In this document: piece by piece, positions 35,546-45,306 of the stretch
Layout: each line of letters opens with the position of its first letter
Position numbering within the stretch: position 1 is the first letter of the stretch
From: a virus
IMG/VR virus record: IMGVR_UViG_3300036794_000042
Location: 9,465 to 73,464 of that record
Direction: 5' to 3' (one strand)
Length of the DNA: 64,000 nt
The notes under the pieces: generated by a model
The model's database searches: none
Seen by the model: only the letters and a program-made list of their open reading frames with translations
Told to the model about the DNA's origin: nothing
Made by a program: the position numbers and the translations under genes

Positions 35546-36232
35546 ATGACGGATTACGACAGGATTGCCGCAGGGACAGAGCGGCTGGACGTGATGGTGG
35601 GAAGCCCGGCCAAGGAGTTCGCGGCCGTGTCCACCACCTGGATGGTCGAGCGGTGGGACGCGGAGCAGACCGAGTGGGCTCGCCAGCGCCTGGAGCTGCA
35701 CCCGCTGCGCGCCCTGACGGCGGCCGACTTCAGGCGGGCCAACGTCAAGAGCTACCACACCACGGTCCACGAGAATGCGAACCTGGTGGTCCAGGCTGGG
35801 TGGGTGGCGCTGCTCGGTGGCGTGGCCGGCACCACGATGAGCCCCAAGTTCGGGGCGGCCAACGCCCGGATCGGGGTCGGTACCAGTGCCACGGCTGCTG
35901 CCTTCAGCAACACCACGCTGGGTGGCGACACCGGAGCCGCATCGACCACCAGCTTCTTCAAGCTGTGCAGCGGTGCGCCGACCATCTCGACCGGCTCCGC
36001 GCCCTGCACCCTGGTCTTCGCTGCCGCGTTCGGCACTGCCCAGGCCAACTTCGCCTGGGCCGAGTTCGGCACCGATGCGGGCACGGCAGACTCGGTGAGC
36101 AACGCCACCACGGGCGGCACCTTCTTCAACCACGGCATCAGCGCCCAGGGCACCAAGGCATCGGGCCAGACCTGGACCGCGACGGAAACCCTGTCCTTCG
36201 GCTTCCCCTCGGGCTCCGGCACCGTCAGCTAG
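35546..36232 (+). CDS. Tail-associated structural protein
   Basis: GGAGG RBS, ATG 35546; IGVG...TAA...T.LG, ANFAW.EFG and GTK..GQTW motifs. Confidence 0.65.
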   Translation: MTDYDRIAAGTERLDVMVGSPAKEFAAVSTTWMVERWDAEQTEWARQRLELHPLRALTAADFRRANVKSYHTTVHENANLVVQAGWVALLGGVAGTTMSPKFGAANARIGVGTSATAAAFSNTTLGGDTGAASTTSFFKLCSGAPTISTGSAPCTLVFAAAFGTAQANFAWAEFGTDAGTADSVSNATTGGTFFNHGISAQGTKASGQTWTATETLSFGFPSGSGTVS

Positions 36233-36646
36233 ATGAACAGGACCCGGGCGGCTATCGCAGCCGTCTGGGTGGCAATCGGCGCTGTCCTGGTCTGGTGGTT
36301 CGCACTCGGAGGGCAGCACTGGCTGGCCATCCAGACGGGCACTGACTACTGCCAGGTCCCGCCGCGCCTGGTGACGGTCTGCCAGCGTTACGGCTACTGG
36401 TCCGGCTTCGGCTCGGTGATGCCCTGGGCGCTGCTGTCCCTGGGCGGCATCGCCACGGTCGCGCTCGGCCTGTTCCGCCACATCAACTGCCATACGCCGG
36501 GCTGCTGGCGGGTCGGCCGGTACCCGGCAGCAGGCGGGGAGTTCAGGCTGTGCGGGCACTGCCATCCAGACTGGAAGGGCAGGCACCCGACCCTGGAGCA
36601 CATCCTGGCCAGGCACGAATCCCACAAGACCGCCACCGGAAGCTGA
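36233..36646 (+). CDS. Membrane protein with a C-terminal Cys/His cluster
   Basis: Two TM segments; HINCH.PGCW...LC.HCHP. Confidence 0.65.
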   Translation: MNRTRAAIAAVWVAIGAVLVWWFALGGQHWLAIQTGTDYCQVPPRLVTVCQRYGYWSGFGSVMPWALLSLGGIATVALGLFRHINCHTPGCWRVGRYPAAGGEFRLCGHCHPDWKGRHPTLEHILARHESHKTATGS

Positions 36647-36667
36647 TCAGGGAGGCGGTGACCGCCC

Positions 36668-39043
36668 ATGCCGCAGAAGGTGGGCGGCCACGGCTACGCG
36701 GGGTCCAGGAAGCCGCGCCGCCAGAGAATTGGCAGGTTCGGCATCACCGGGCCGGCGTTCGTCCAGGCGGTCATCAACGACTCGGCTGGCGGATCATCCA
36801 GCCGGACCTTCACGGTCACGGTCACCACCAAGGCCGGCAACGCAATCCTGCTCTGGGGCCGGGTCGGCACCGGGGACCAGATCACCGCGATCAGCGACAC
36901 CAAGGGCAACACCTGGAGCATTGACGCCCAGGGCACCTCGGCCCAGACCAACTCGCTGCTGGCCAGCGTCATCATCACCACCCCGCTGGTCAACGGCGAT
37001 GTGATCTCGCTGACCTGCTCATCCACCCACGCCAACAAGTTCGCCGCCGCCGAGTTCTCCGGCCTGGCCGTCATGGGTGGCCGGACCGTGGTGGACCAGG
37101 CCGCCAACGTCCACGGCACTGCCTCCGGCCTGGTCACCGTGGCCACGCTGGTGAACGCGGCCCAGGGCGGGGACCTGGTGGCCTGCTCGGCGGCGGGCTC
37201 GACCAACACGGGCGCGATGACCCCGCCAGCCTCCGACCCGGACTCGGGCGGCCTCTGGACGGACCTGGTGCTTCCCTCCGGTGGCGGCACCGATGCGGTC
37301 TGGCAGACCGCACCGGCCACGGCCGGCCTGTACTCGGCAGCCTGGACGGCGGGCACCTCGAACGCTGACGCCTGCATAGTCGCCTACGCGGCGGCGGATA
37401 CCTGGCTGGGTACCAGCGCGATGGCCATCAGCCTGTCCGACGTCGCGGCAGAGGCTGATGATGCAGGCGGTATCTCGGTCGTGGCCACGGCCGACCTGGA
37501 GGATGTGGCTGCTGAGGCCGATGACAGCACCGGCATCGCGGTCAGTGAGCCTGTCAGCCTGGCTGACGCCGCAGCGGCCACCGATGCGTTCCTGCCAGCC
37601 GCAGCCGTCCCGCTGCCTGATGCGGGCGCGGCCATCGAGGCCATCGCGGAAACAGTCACGTTCAGCGTGGCCGACGTCGCGGGCGCGGCCGACTCGCTGG
37701 CCGTGGCCGCCGCTGTTCCTGTAGCAGACGTAGCAGGTGCAGCAGACAGCATCGCCACCACCCAGCCCAAGGCCCTGGCTGACGTCGCGGGCGCGGCAGA
37801 TGCAGTGCAAATTGCAGCGACAGTCCCGGTGGCAGACGCGGCCGGCGTCACGGACAGGATCGTCCCGGCCGCCGCGCTCAGCCTGGCCGATTCAGCCGGT
37901 GCGACTGAACTTCAGGTCATTGGCATAACCCAGGCTGAACAGGCAGCGGCCGTCGATAGCCTGGCCGTGGCGGCCACGGTGACCCTGGCGGACGCTGGCG
38001 GGGCAGCAGACGCGAATGCGGTGGGTATCCCGCAGGCGGATGCAGCCGGAGCGGCGGACAGCCTGGCCGTCACCGTGGCCGCACCCCTGGCGGACGCGGC
38101 GGGCTCGGCCGACCAGATCAGCCAAGGCGGCAGCTCCAGCCCGGTGCTCAACGACCTGGGCGCTGCGGCCGACCAGATCGCTGCCACGGTCGCCACCCCG
38201 CTGGCTGATGCGGCTGGCCAGGCCGAGCACCTGGTGCCCTCCGTCACGCTGGCCGTCGCGGACGCAGCAGGGGCGGCAGACAGCATCACGCCGCAACCGG
38301 CCGTCCCCGTGGCCGACGTGGCCGCAGCACGCGATGCGCTGGCCGTCACGGCATCACTGGGCCTGGCGGACGCCGGGGCCGTCCTGGACGCTCTCAGCGC
38401 CTCGGCTCTCGTGGTTTTCACGGATGCGGCCGGCACCGCCGATGTGCTAACGCTGCCCTCCAAGCAGCTCGGGCTCAGCGATGCGGCGGCCACGGCCGAT
38501 ACGATCTCCGTGGTTATCGGCGGCCAGGGCAATACCGGCGCAGTCACCTGGGAGGCCGGGCCGCAAGCGCCGCGCTGGCGGGCCATCCCGGCCGAGCTGC
38601 GCTGGGAAGCCGGCACAGCCAGCCGGTGGCAGACGGGCGTGGTGCCTGCGCGCTGGCAGGCCGGTCCGGCATCATCGAGGTGGAGGATCATCATGGCCAA
38701 GTTCGACCCCATCTCCGCAGGCAGCAAGGTCTACGTCAACGCGCTCTGGACCACGGACCTGGCCGGCACCGTCATCGACCCGACCAGTCCCCTGCTGACG
38801 GTGCAGTTCGCCTTCCCCGTCAGCTCGGGCGATGAGAGCAACCCGGCGCTGCCTGTGACCTGGTACGCCGGGAGCTGGCTGGCTGGCACCTCGGGCAAGG
38901 GCTTCATCGCCCAGTGCCTGGTGGGTCCGGGCGGCGGCCTGGTCACGCTCACGGCCGGGGTGAAGTATGACGTCTGGAGCCAGATCCTCGGCTCACCTGA
39001 GCAGCCGCGCGAGTTCGTGGGCGTCCAGCCCGTGACCAACTAG
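36668..39043 (+). CDS. Minor tail/fibre protein with Ala/Asp repeats and a C-terminal Ig-like domain
   Basis: GGAGG RBS; beta-rich N-domain, about 20 L.D.A.A.D repeats, RW(E/Q)AG repeats, C-terminal 116-aa domain. Confidence 0.7.
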   Translation: MPQKVGGHGYAGSRKPRRQRIGRFGITGPAFVQAVINDSAGGSSSRTFTVTVTTKAGNAILLWGRVGTGDQITAISDTKGNTWSIDAQGTSAQTNSLLASVIITTPLVNGDVISLTCSSTHANKFAAAEFSGLAVMGGRTVVDQAANVHGTASGLVTVATLVNAAQGGDLVACSAAGSTNTGAMTPPASDPDSGGLWTDLVLPSGGGTDAVWQTAPATAGLYSAAWTAGTSNADACIVAYAAADTWLGTSAMAISLSDVAAEADDAGGISVVATADLEDVAAEADDSTGIAVSEPVSLADAAAATDAFLPAAAVPLPDAGAAIEAIAETVTFSVADVAGAADSLAVAAAVPVADVAGAADSIATTQPKALADVAGAADAVQIAATVPVADAAGVTDRIVPAAALSLADSAGATELQVIGITQAEQAAAVDSLAVAATVTLADAGGAADANAVGIPQADAAGAADSLAVTVAAPLADAAGSADQISQGGSSSPVLNDLGAAADQIAATVATPLADAAGQAEHLVPSVTLAVADAAGAADSITPQPAVPVADVAAARDALAVTASLGLADAGAVLDALSASALVVFTDAAGTADVLTLPSKQLGLSDAAATADTISVVIGGQGNTGAVTWEAGPQAPRWRAIPAELRWEAGTASRWQTGVVPARWQAGPASSRWRIIMAKFDPISAGSKVYVNALWTTDLAGTVIDPTSPLLTVQFAFPVSSGDESNPALPVTWYAGSWLAGTSGKGFIAQCLVGPGGGLVTLTAGVKYDVWSQILGSPEQPREFVGVQPVTN
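37430..38510 (+). repeat. About 20 degenerate tandem repeats of roughly 54 bp (about 18 aa; consensus [LV]ADxAGAAD)
   Basis: Counted in the translation, from LSDVAAEADD to LSDAAATAD. Confidence 0.8.
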
Positions 39044-39051
39044 GAGCAGTC

Positions 39052-39642
39052 TTGAGTTTCGCAACTGGCACCAACGCTGAAGTTCTCTACTCGATGCCGG
39101 TGGTCGGCGCGACCAAGACCACCACCACGTCTTCCCTGGTCTCGGGCAACTCGGGCACGAACCCGGCCTTCCTGATGCCCGCGCTCGGCTCCATCTGGCC
39201 GGTCAGCTCGATGCAGGGCAAGGTGCTCCAGGTCTGGGCGGCCGGCACCTACGACGCGACTGCGGTCACCAGCCAGCTCGGCCTGTACTTTGACGCCACC
39301 CAGGCCACCCAGGGCACCCTGATCGCCGGGACGGGCGCGGTCACCGTCCCTTCGACCACCACGGGTGAATGGAACATGGAAGTCACCCTGACCTGCATCG
39401 GGACGGGCGCGGTCACCAGCTCGAACTGGAACACCGCAGGCCAGATCGCCTACGGGCCGGGCAACAACGCGGCGGCTGCGGCGGCCACGGTGGCGATGGT
39501 CGGCGGGGCGAACACGGCAGGCGTGCCCACCTCCCTGCTGCTGTCCAACACGGCTTCGAACTTCTGGGAGCTGTGGTCCGTCTGGGGCACCGCGCCCACG
39601 GCGTTCGTCTGCTCCCAGTTCATTGTGATGGGCCTGAACTAG
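39052..39642 (+). CDS. Hypothetical tail protein
   Basis: AGGAG RBS, TTG start; beta-rich. Confidence 0.6.
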   Translation: MSFATGTNAEVLYSMPVVGATKTTTTSSLVSGNSGTNPAFLMPALGSIWPVSSMQGKVLQVWAAGTYDATAVTSQLGLYFDATQATQGTLIAGTGAVTVPSTTTGEWNMEVTLTCIGTGAVTSSNWNTAGQIAYGPGNNAAAAAATVAMVGGANTAGVPTSLLLSNTASNFWELWSVWGTAPTAFVCSQFIVMGLN

Positions 39643-39645
39643 CCG

Positions 39646-41949
39646 ATGCCCGCCGCCAAGGGCAAGGGCGGCGGCGGGGCTGGCGGGCCGAGCCGATCAC
39701 AGCGCCGGAACCGCCAGGTTCTGCCGTACTTCGGCCCGCTCGTCACGCCTGTCCAGCTCAGCGACGTCGCGGCCATGTCCGACGACAACGCGATGGCCCC
39801 GCCAGCCGTCGTCTTCAACATCTCGCTGGCGGACGCGGCGGCCCAGGCTGAGGGCTTCTCCGGGGTCAATGACACCACCCTCCCCCTGGCCAACACCTTT
39901 GAGGGCCTGGCCAACGGCACCACCCTGACGATCGGCAACAGCGGCGGGGCCAGCGGCAACGCCTTCGATGCGATCTCGATCCCCTCGGGCGGGACGCTGG
40001 CCGCCGACAACACCCACGTTGCGCACGGGGTCAGCGCGCTCAAGGTGGCTACCGGGGTCACGTCCGGCGCACCGGCTGCCGAGTGGATCGCCTCCCTGGG
40101 CGGCACCTACCTGCTGCTGTACTTCCGCATCTACGTCTTCATCCCCGCAGCGGCCACGCCCGCACTCCGGCCCCTGGCCTTCCGCACGGCTGGCGGCACG
40201 CACATCTTCTCGCCGCTGATCAGCGGCAACTCACTCTCGATGAGCTACGGCTCCGGCTTCTCCGGCCTGAGCGCGTTCACCACGACCATCCCGAATAACA
40301 CCTGGTGCCGGCTTGAGGGCCATGTGCAGGCTGACGCCACCAACGGCTCAGTCAGCATGAGCCTGTTCACCAGCCAGGACTCCACCGTCCCGGTCGAGAC
40401 CAAGAACTTCAGCAGCCTGGCCACCGGAGCCCCGATCGGCCGGGTGGACATCGGGAACGCCAACAACGCGGCCTCGGCCGGGCCGCACTGGCTGGACGAG
40501 CCCGCGCTCTCGGCCACCGGGCCGATCGGGCCGGCCGTCTACCCCGCGCCGGTCAAGACCTACGCGCCCGCCAGCCCGGCCTTCATCCGGTCCCAGATGC
40601 CACGGCTGTACGCCCAGAACATCCTCACCGGCAAGTGGCTGCACCGCGACGTGCAGGGCGTCCAGCAGCCGCAGATCACCTGGACCCTGAACAGCGCGGA
40701 CAGCTTCTCCTGCACGATCAACCCGCCGCGCGCCGACCTGCTCGATGCCTCCGGCGAACCGATCTTCAATGAGTGGCAGACCGCGCTGTACCTGGAGGAA
40801 GCGGACGAGATCAAGTTCGGCGGTATCTTGACGTCGAGCCAGTTCGACGGGCCGGAGTGGCAGCTCGGCGCGGTCGGCTTCTCGGCCTACCCGAACGGGA
40901 TGCCCTACGAGGGCGAGGTCTACAAGGTCACGTTCACCGATGGCCTGGACGTGGTGCGCTTCCTCTGGAAGTGGCTCCAGGACCAGGTGGATGCCAACCT
41001 GGGCATGACGCTCGACTCCACCAAGAGCGGGGTGCTGGTCGGGGCCTACGGTGCGGTGGGCGCGCAGACCACGCTCGATGGCGCGATCAAGCCCGGTGAC
41101 AAGTCCTTCAAGGTCCACGAGGCCGGCCAGTTCAAGAACAAGATGGTGATCAACATCGGGGTGGCGGGCACCGACTCCTACACCGTGAAGAGCGTTTTCG
41201 TCAACCATGACGGCGGCGGCTGGATCACGCCCACCACGGCCATCAAGAACGGCCACGATGACGGTGCCCCGGTCGATGAGCAGAACAGCGTGCCCACCAC
41301 GCCGTTCGAGCTGGACTGGTGGAACAGCACGGACATCGGCCAGGAGATCCAGAGCATCCAGCAGGAGTGCATTTTCGACTACTTCGAGCGGCACATCTGG
41401 ACCGACTCGACCAAGCAGTCTGTGCGGCACCGGCTCGGATTCGGGGTGCCCCGCGTCGGCGTCCGGCAGACCGGGCTGCGGTTCGTGGAGGGCGAGAACA
41501 TCGCGCTGCCCTCCACCATCGTCCGCGACGGCACCAGGTTCGCCAACAACGTGGTCGGCATCGGGAACGGCCAGGGCAGCGCCTCGGTGCGCAGCACGGT
41601 CGCGGTGCCCAACGGGCGGCTGCGGCGCACGTTCGTCTACACCGACCAGACCGTCAAGAGCAAAGCCCGGCTCACGGCCAAGATCCAGAAGACGCTGGCC
41701 TCAATGCAGAACATCGACACGCCCAGCACGGTGACCGTGATCAATCACCCGCACGCGCCCTTCGGCAGCTTCGCGCCCGGTGATGACATCCCTGTCCGGC
41801 TGGCGTCAGGATGGCGCACCAAAGACCTCATCTGGTGCAGGATCACGGCCATGTCCCAGGACCCGACCACCAACCTGATGACCCTGACGCTGGCCCGGTC
41901 CGACTCCTTCAGCTACCTGGCCGAGTCCGGCCAGGCCGGGTCGATCTGA
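39646..41949 (+). CDS. Baseplate hub (Tal/gp37-like) protein with an N-terminal carbohydrate-binding-like domain
   Basis: The C-terminal region from MPRLYAQN has hub-like motifs (W.LN....F.....G.RQ..LRF.EG.NI...N.V.G.G.G); the N-terminal region is a beta-sandwich with GRVDIG...WLDE. Confidence 0.7.
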   Translation: MPAAKGKGGGGAGGPSRSQRRNRQVLPYFGPLVTPVQLSDVAAMSDDNAMAPPAVVFNISLADAAAQAEGFSGVNDTTLPLANTFEGLANGTTLTIGNSGGASGNAFDAISIPSGGTLAADNTHVAHGVSALKVATGVTSGAPAAEWIASLGGTYLLLYFRIYVFIPAAATPALRPLAFRTAGGTHIFSPLISGNSLSMSYGSGFSGLSAFTTTIPNNTWCRLEGHVQADATNGSVSMSLFTSQDSTVPVETKNFSSLATGAPIGRVDIGNANNAASAGPHWLDEPALSATGPIGPAVYPAPVKTYAPASPAFIRSQMPRLYAQNILTGKWLHRDVQGVQQPQITWTLNSADSFSCTINPPRADLLDASGEPIFNEWQTALYLEEADEIKFGGILTSSQFDGPEWQLGAVGFSAYPNGMPYEGEVYKVTFTDGLDVVRFLWKWLQDQVDANLGMTLDSTKSGVLVGAYGAVGAQTTLDGAIKPGDKSFKVHEAGQFKNKMVINIGVAGTDSYTVKSVFVNHDGGGWITPTTAIKNGHDDGAPVDEQNSVPTTPFELDWWNSTDIGQEIQSIQQECIFDYFERHIWTDSTKQSVRHRLGFGVPRVGVRQTGLRFVEGENIALPSTIVRDGTRFANNVVGIGNGQGSASVRSTVAVPNGRLRRTFVYTDQTVKSKARLTAKIQKTLASMQNIDTPSTVTVINHPHAPFGSFAPGDDIPVRLASGWRTKDLIWCRITAMSQDPTTNLMTLTLARSDSFSYLAESGQAGSI

Positions 41950-44153
41950 TGGCCACGGACCCGGCGCTCCAGAAGGCCGTGGCCGCGATCTCGGCCGAGC
42001 TGGCCACGGTCAAGGGACAGCTCGCCCAGGTCCAGCGCAACCAGCGCGCGGCCCAGCTCGGCAACGCCAGCATCGACGGCGGCGCGCTGGTGATCAACGA
42101 TGAGCTGGGCAACGGGCAGATCATCCTCGGGCTCCAGGCGGACGGGACCTGGGCGCACCAGGCGGTCGGCACCGGATCGCCAGCCGCGCCCTCCGCGCCG
42201 TTCGTCTCCCCGCTGATCAACGGGCTGCTGGTCGGCTGGGACGGCACGATGGCCGACGCCACGCTGCCCACGGCGGACTTCTCCCTGGTCGAGATCCACA
42301 TCTCCACGGTCTCCGGCTTCACGCCCGGCCCGGCCACACTCCAGGGCACGATGACAGCACCCGGCACCTTCCCGGTCTCTGACCTGGTGCCTTACACGCC
42401 GTATTTCGCGGCCCTGGTGATCCAGAATGCGGCGGGGGTGGAAGGGCCGGGAGGTGCCCAGGCTGAGGGCATCCCGGTCGGGGTGCTCGACAACATCCCG
42501 GCCGGCTCGATCACGGCTGGCATGATCAGCTTCTCGGTCGCGGGCATCACGGTGACCCTGGGCGCGCAGCCCTCCAGCCCGAACACCGGGGACCTCTGGT
42601 ACGACAGCTCGAACGGCTACGTGCTCAACCAGTGGAACGGCGTGGCCTGGACCACCTTCCAGTTCGGCACCAACGCCATCGCGGCTGGCTCGGTCACTGC
42701 CGCCCTGATCGCCGCCAATACCATCACGGCGGCCCAGATCGCGGCGGGCACCATCACGGGTACCCAGATCGCCGCCGCGACCATCACAGCGTCTCTCATC
42801 GCCGCAGGGACCATCCAGGGCACCAACATCGCGGCGGGCACCATCACCTCGGATCTGGTCAGCTCGGCGGCCATCGTGGCCGGCCTGATCGACGCCAGCG
42901 CCATCGACGGCTTCACCATCAACGGCGCGGTCATCAACGGCTCGGTGATCTCGGCCGGTGACCTGCTCATCTCAGGCAGCCAGGGCGGTCTGTTCGCCTA
43001 CGGCTCGGGCGGCACCATCATCCAGACCCTGATCTCCGGCACGCACTGGGTCTGCCCGGCCGATGTCACCTCCATCCTGATCGAGGGCTGGGCTCCGGGC
43101 GGCGGTGGCGGCAGCTCGGTCACCTCGCCCAGCAACGGCGGCGGGACCGGGGGCGGCGGCGGGGAGTATGCGGCCGAGCCCGCGATGGGAGTTACCGCAG
43201 GTAATAGCTACGTCTACAGCCTGGGCTCGATCGGGGTGGGTGCCCTGAGCACGCCGGGCACCGATGCCACCAACCTGACCTTCACCGGGGACACGCTCAC
43301 CCTGACTGCGCACGGCGGGAAGGGCGGCGGGGATGCCACCAGCAATGGCGGCCTTGGCGGGCGCGGCTCGGGCAACACGGTGGCCAACCAGGGCGGCGAC
43401 GGGGGCGGCCAGACCAGTGCTGTCCACGGAATTGGCGGGGGCAGCTCGGGCACCCCGACCAGCAACGGCCGCAGCGTGGGCCAGGACGTCCGCTCGGGTG
43501 CATCAGCGCCTGGAGATGGCGGTCCTGGCGGCGAGGGCGGCGGATCGGTCAACCCGGACATCGGCAGCACCCCGCTCCGGCCGGGTGGTGGCGGCGGCGG
43601 CGGCGGCACCGATGGGACAGCCAACCGCAAGGGCGGCAACGGTGCCCCGGGCCAGATCAGGATCACCTACACGCCGTCCGTGGTGACCCTGGTCGGCAGC
43701 CTGGTGGCCACCACCGGGCTGACCGACCCGATCGGCGGGGTCGCGGTGCCCGAGGGCCTGAGCATTGACAACGCGATCATCAGCAACCAGTTCACCGCGC
43801 CGGATGGCAGTGTCTGGACCAGCACCGGCCTGGTCACTGACACCTGGCACACCCTGACCCCGGGAAATAGCTGGTCAGGGACCTTCAAGTACACGCTCAC
43901 CCAGAACAAGACGGTGCGGCTCTCGTTTAACCTGACCGCGCCGGCCACGGCGGTCAACAACGTTACGATCGTCACCCTGCCCAGTGGCTACCGGCCGGCC
44001 TCGGCCAAGAACATCCCGACCGCAGCCGCCGCGACCCAGACCAACATCGCGCCCAGCCTGAACATCGACACGGCTGGCGTGGTGTCATCCAACGGCGTCG
44101 GTGCTTCCTCGGCCAGGATCGCCGCTGAAGTCGAGATCCCGCTCGATACCTAG
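41949..44153 (+). CDS. Tail fibre / receptor-binding protein
   Basis: N-terminal coil, FN3-like region, GDLWYD..W motif, IAAGTIT beta-helix repeats, Gly-rich domain, C-terminal W..L...W...TLPSGYRP domain; ATG 41949. Confidence 0.8.
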   Translation: MATDPALQKAVAAISAELATVKGQLAQVQRNQRAAQLGNASIDGGALVINDELGNGQIILGLQADGTWAHQAVGTGSPAAPSAPFVSPLINGLLVGWDGTMADATLPTADFSLVEIHISTVSGFTPGPATLQGTMTAPGTFPVSDLVPYTPYFAALVIQNAAGVEGPGGAQAEGIPVGVLDNIPAGSITAGMISFSVAGITVTLGAQPSSPNTGDLWYDSSNGYVLNQWNGVAWTTFQFGTNAIAAGSVTAALIAANTITAAQIAAGTITGTQIAAATITASLIAAGTIQGTNIAAGTITSDLVSSAAIVAGLIDASAIDGFTINGAVINGSVISAGDLLISGSQGGLFAYGSGGTIIQTLISGTHWVCPADVTSILIEGWAPGGGGGSSVTSPSNGGGTGGGGGEYAAEPAMGVTAGNSYVYSLGSIGVGALSTPGTDATNLTFTGDTLTLTAHGGKGGGDATSNGGLGGRGSGNTVANQGGDGGGQTSAVHGIGGGSSGTPTSNGRSVGQDVRSGASAPGDGGPGGEGGGSVNPDIGSTPLRPGGGGGGGGTDGTANRKGGNGAPGQIRITYTPSVVTLVGSLVATTGLTDPIGGVAVPEGLSIDNAIISNQFTAPDGSVWTSTGLVTDTWHTLTPGNSWSGTFKYTLTQNKTVRLSFNLTAPATAVNNVTIVTLPSGYRPASAKNIPTAAAATQTNIAPSLNIDTAGVVSSNGVGASSARIAAEVEIPLDT

Positions 44154-44162
44154 GAGAGACCT

Positions 44163-44456
44163 ATGTTCGCCAACCAGAACAGCGCACCCAACATCGCGGC
44201 GGCTGCGGCCACGATCCTGCGCAACCTGCGGGACGCCATCGCGGAGGAAGAGAAGTTCTATAAGTGGCTGTCTGAGCAGACCGATACGGATCTGACGAAC
44301 GCGGGCTTCACCGACCCGCAGGACATCGCCTTCCTGCGCAGCGCGTTCACCGACCAGCACAATCTGTTCACCATCGCCTACGGCGGCCCGGTGCCGCAGG
44401 GCGTCACGCTGCCAACCGACTTCACCGCGAACGCCACACAGGTGATCGGGGTCTAG
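44163..44456 (+). CDS. Hypothetical protein (possible fibre chaperone)
   Basis: AGGAG RBS; follows the fibre gene. Confidence 0.6.
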   Translation: MFANQNSAPNIAAAAATILRNLRDAIAEEEKFYKWLSEQTDTDLTNAGFTDPQDIAFLRSAFTDQHNLFTIAYGGPVPQGVTLPTDFTANATQVIGV

Positions 44457-44845
44457 CGGGTCACCGGGATGCCGTAGAACTTCGCCCAGTGCAGCAGCTT
44501 GCCGCTCGGCGGCGGCAGCGACCCGCAGCCCTTGCCGATGTAGCTGTTCCGGTTGTTGACGATGTACGTCACGATGAGCTGGCTTGGTGCCGTGGCCGGG
44601 GGAGTAGTGGCCGGCTCGATGAGAGCGATCTCCCTGATGGCCGCGCAGTCGGCGGTGATCTCCATCTGCTGGCGGGACAGCAGCAGCCCGCCGACGATCA
44701 GCGCGATCAGGACCACGGCCGCCAAGGCCGCCACCCCGTACCAGCGCAGCCGGTGGAAGGTCTTCACGGTGTGCCGGAGCTGTTCATCCAGCTCGGCCAC
44801 CGGCTTCGGCTCGGGAACTTCCGGGGTCGGCTGGAAGCTGCTCAT
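44453..44845 (-). CDS. Single-TM membrane protein (lysis-cassette type), inverted
   Basis: TM WYGVAALAAVVLIALIVGGLLL, two Cys in the C-terminal domain; coupled by ATGA overlap to 44842..45285. Confidence 0.65.
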   Translation of the reverse strand: MSSFQPTPEVPEPKPVAELDEQLRHTVKTFHRLRWYGVAALAAVVLIALIVGGLLLSRQQMEITADCAAIREIALIEPATTPPATAPSQLIVTYIVNNRNSYIGKGCGSLPPPSGKLLHWAKFYGIPVTR

Positions 44846-45285
44846 CCTGCCTCCGCTGCGGAGATCTGGGTGGCGATGCCCTGGACCACCTGGAGGATGC
44901 GGGCGCTCTGCTCGATGCCAGCGGCCAGCCGGGCATCCATCGCCTCCACGGCGCTGCGGCCGGTCACCATGTCCTGGAGGGTGGAGATCTGGCCGCGCAG
45001 CTCAGCGATCTGCCGGTCCTTCTCGGCCATGCTCTCGCCCAGCTTGATGATCTGGTCATCCTGGGTCTCAATGTGAGCGTCCTGGGCCTTGGATTTGGCC
45101 TCCCACGCTTCGGCAGCCTGCTTGTAGACCGCCACGGTCTGCGTGTTCCTCTGAATCTTCCAGCTCCCGCCCGCGATGCCAGCCGCAGTGACCAGGAACG
45201 TGAGAACCGCAATCAGGGTCAGGACAAGGCTGCCGCTGAAGGTGATGCCTCCAGACGCAACAGCAACGGCCAGCCCGGTGATCAC
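44842..45285 (-). CDS. TM + coiled-coil protein (lysis-cassette type), inverted
   Basis: N-terminal hydrophobic segments, then heptads (IKLGESMAEKDRQIAELRGQISTLQ). Confidence 0.65.
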   Translation of the reverse strand: MITGLAVAVASGGITFSGSLVLTLIAVLTFLVTAAGIAGGSWKIQRNTQTVAVYKQAAEAWEAKSKAQDAHIETQDDQIIKLGESMAEKDRQIAELRGQISTLQDMVTGRSAVEAMDARLAAGIEQSARILQVVQGIATQISAAEAG

Positions 45286-45306
45286 GATTCCCGCCTCACG
45301 CTGTCA

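Noticed and set aside
37430-38510. CRISPR array or diversity-generating retroelement repeats
   Set aside because: The repeats are degenerate, in frame and protein-coding, with no constant repeat/unique spacer pattern; no cas operon or reverse transcriptase is present. The Cas4-like nuclease sits in a Sak4/SSB recombination module.
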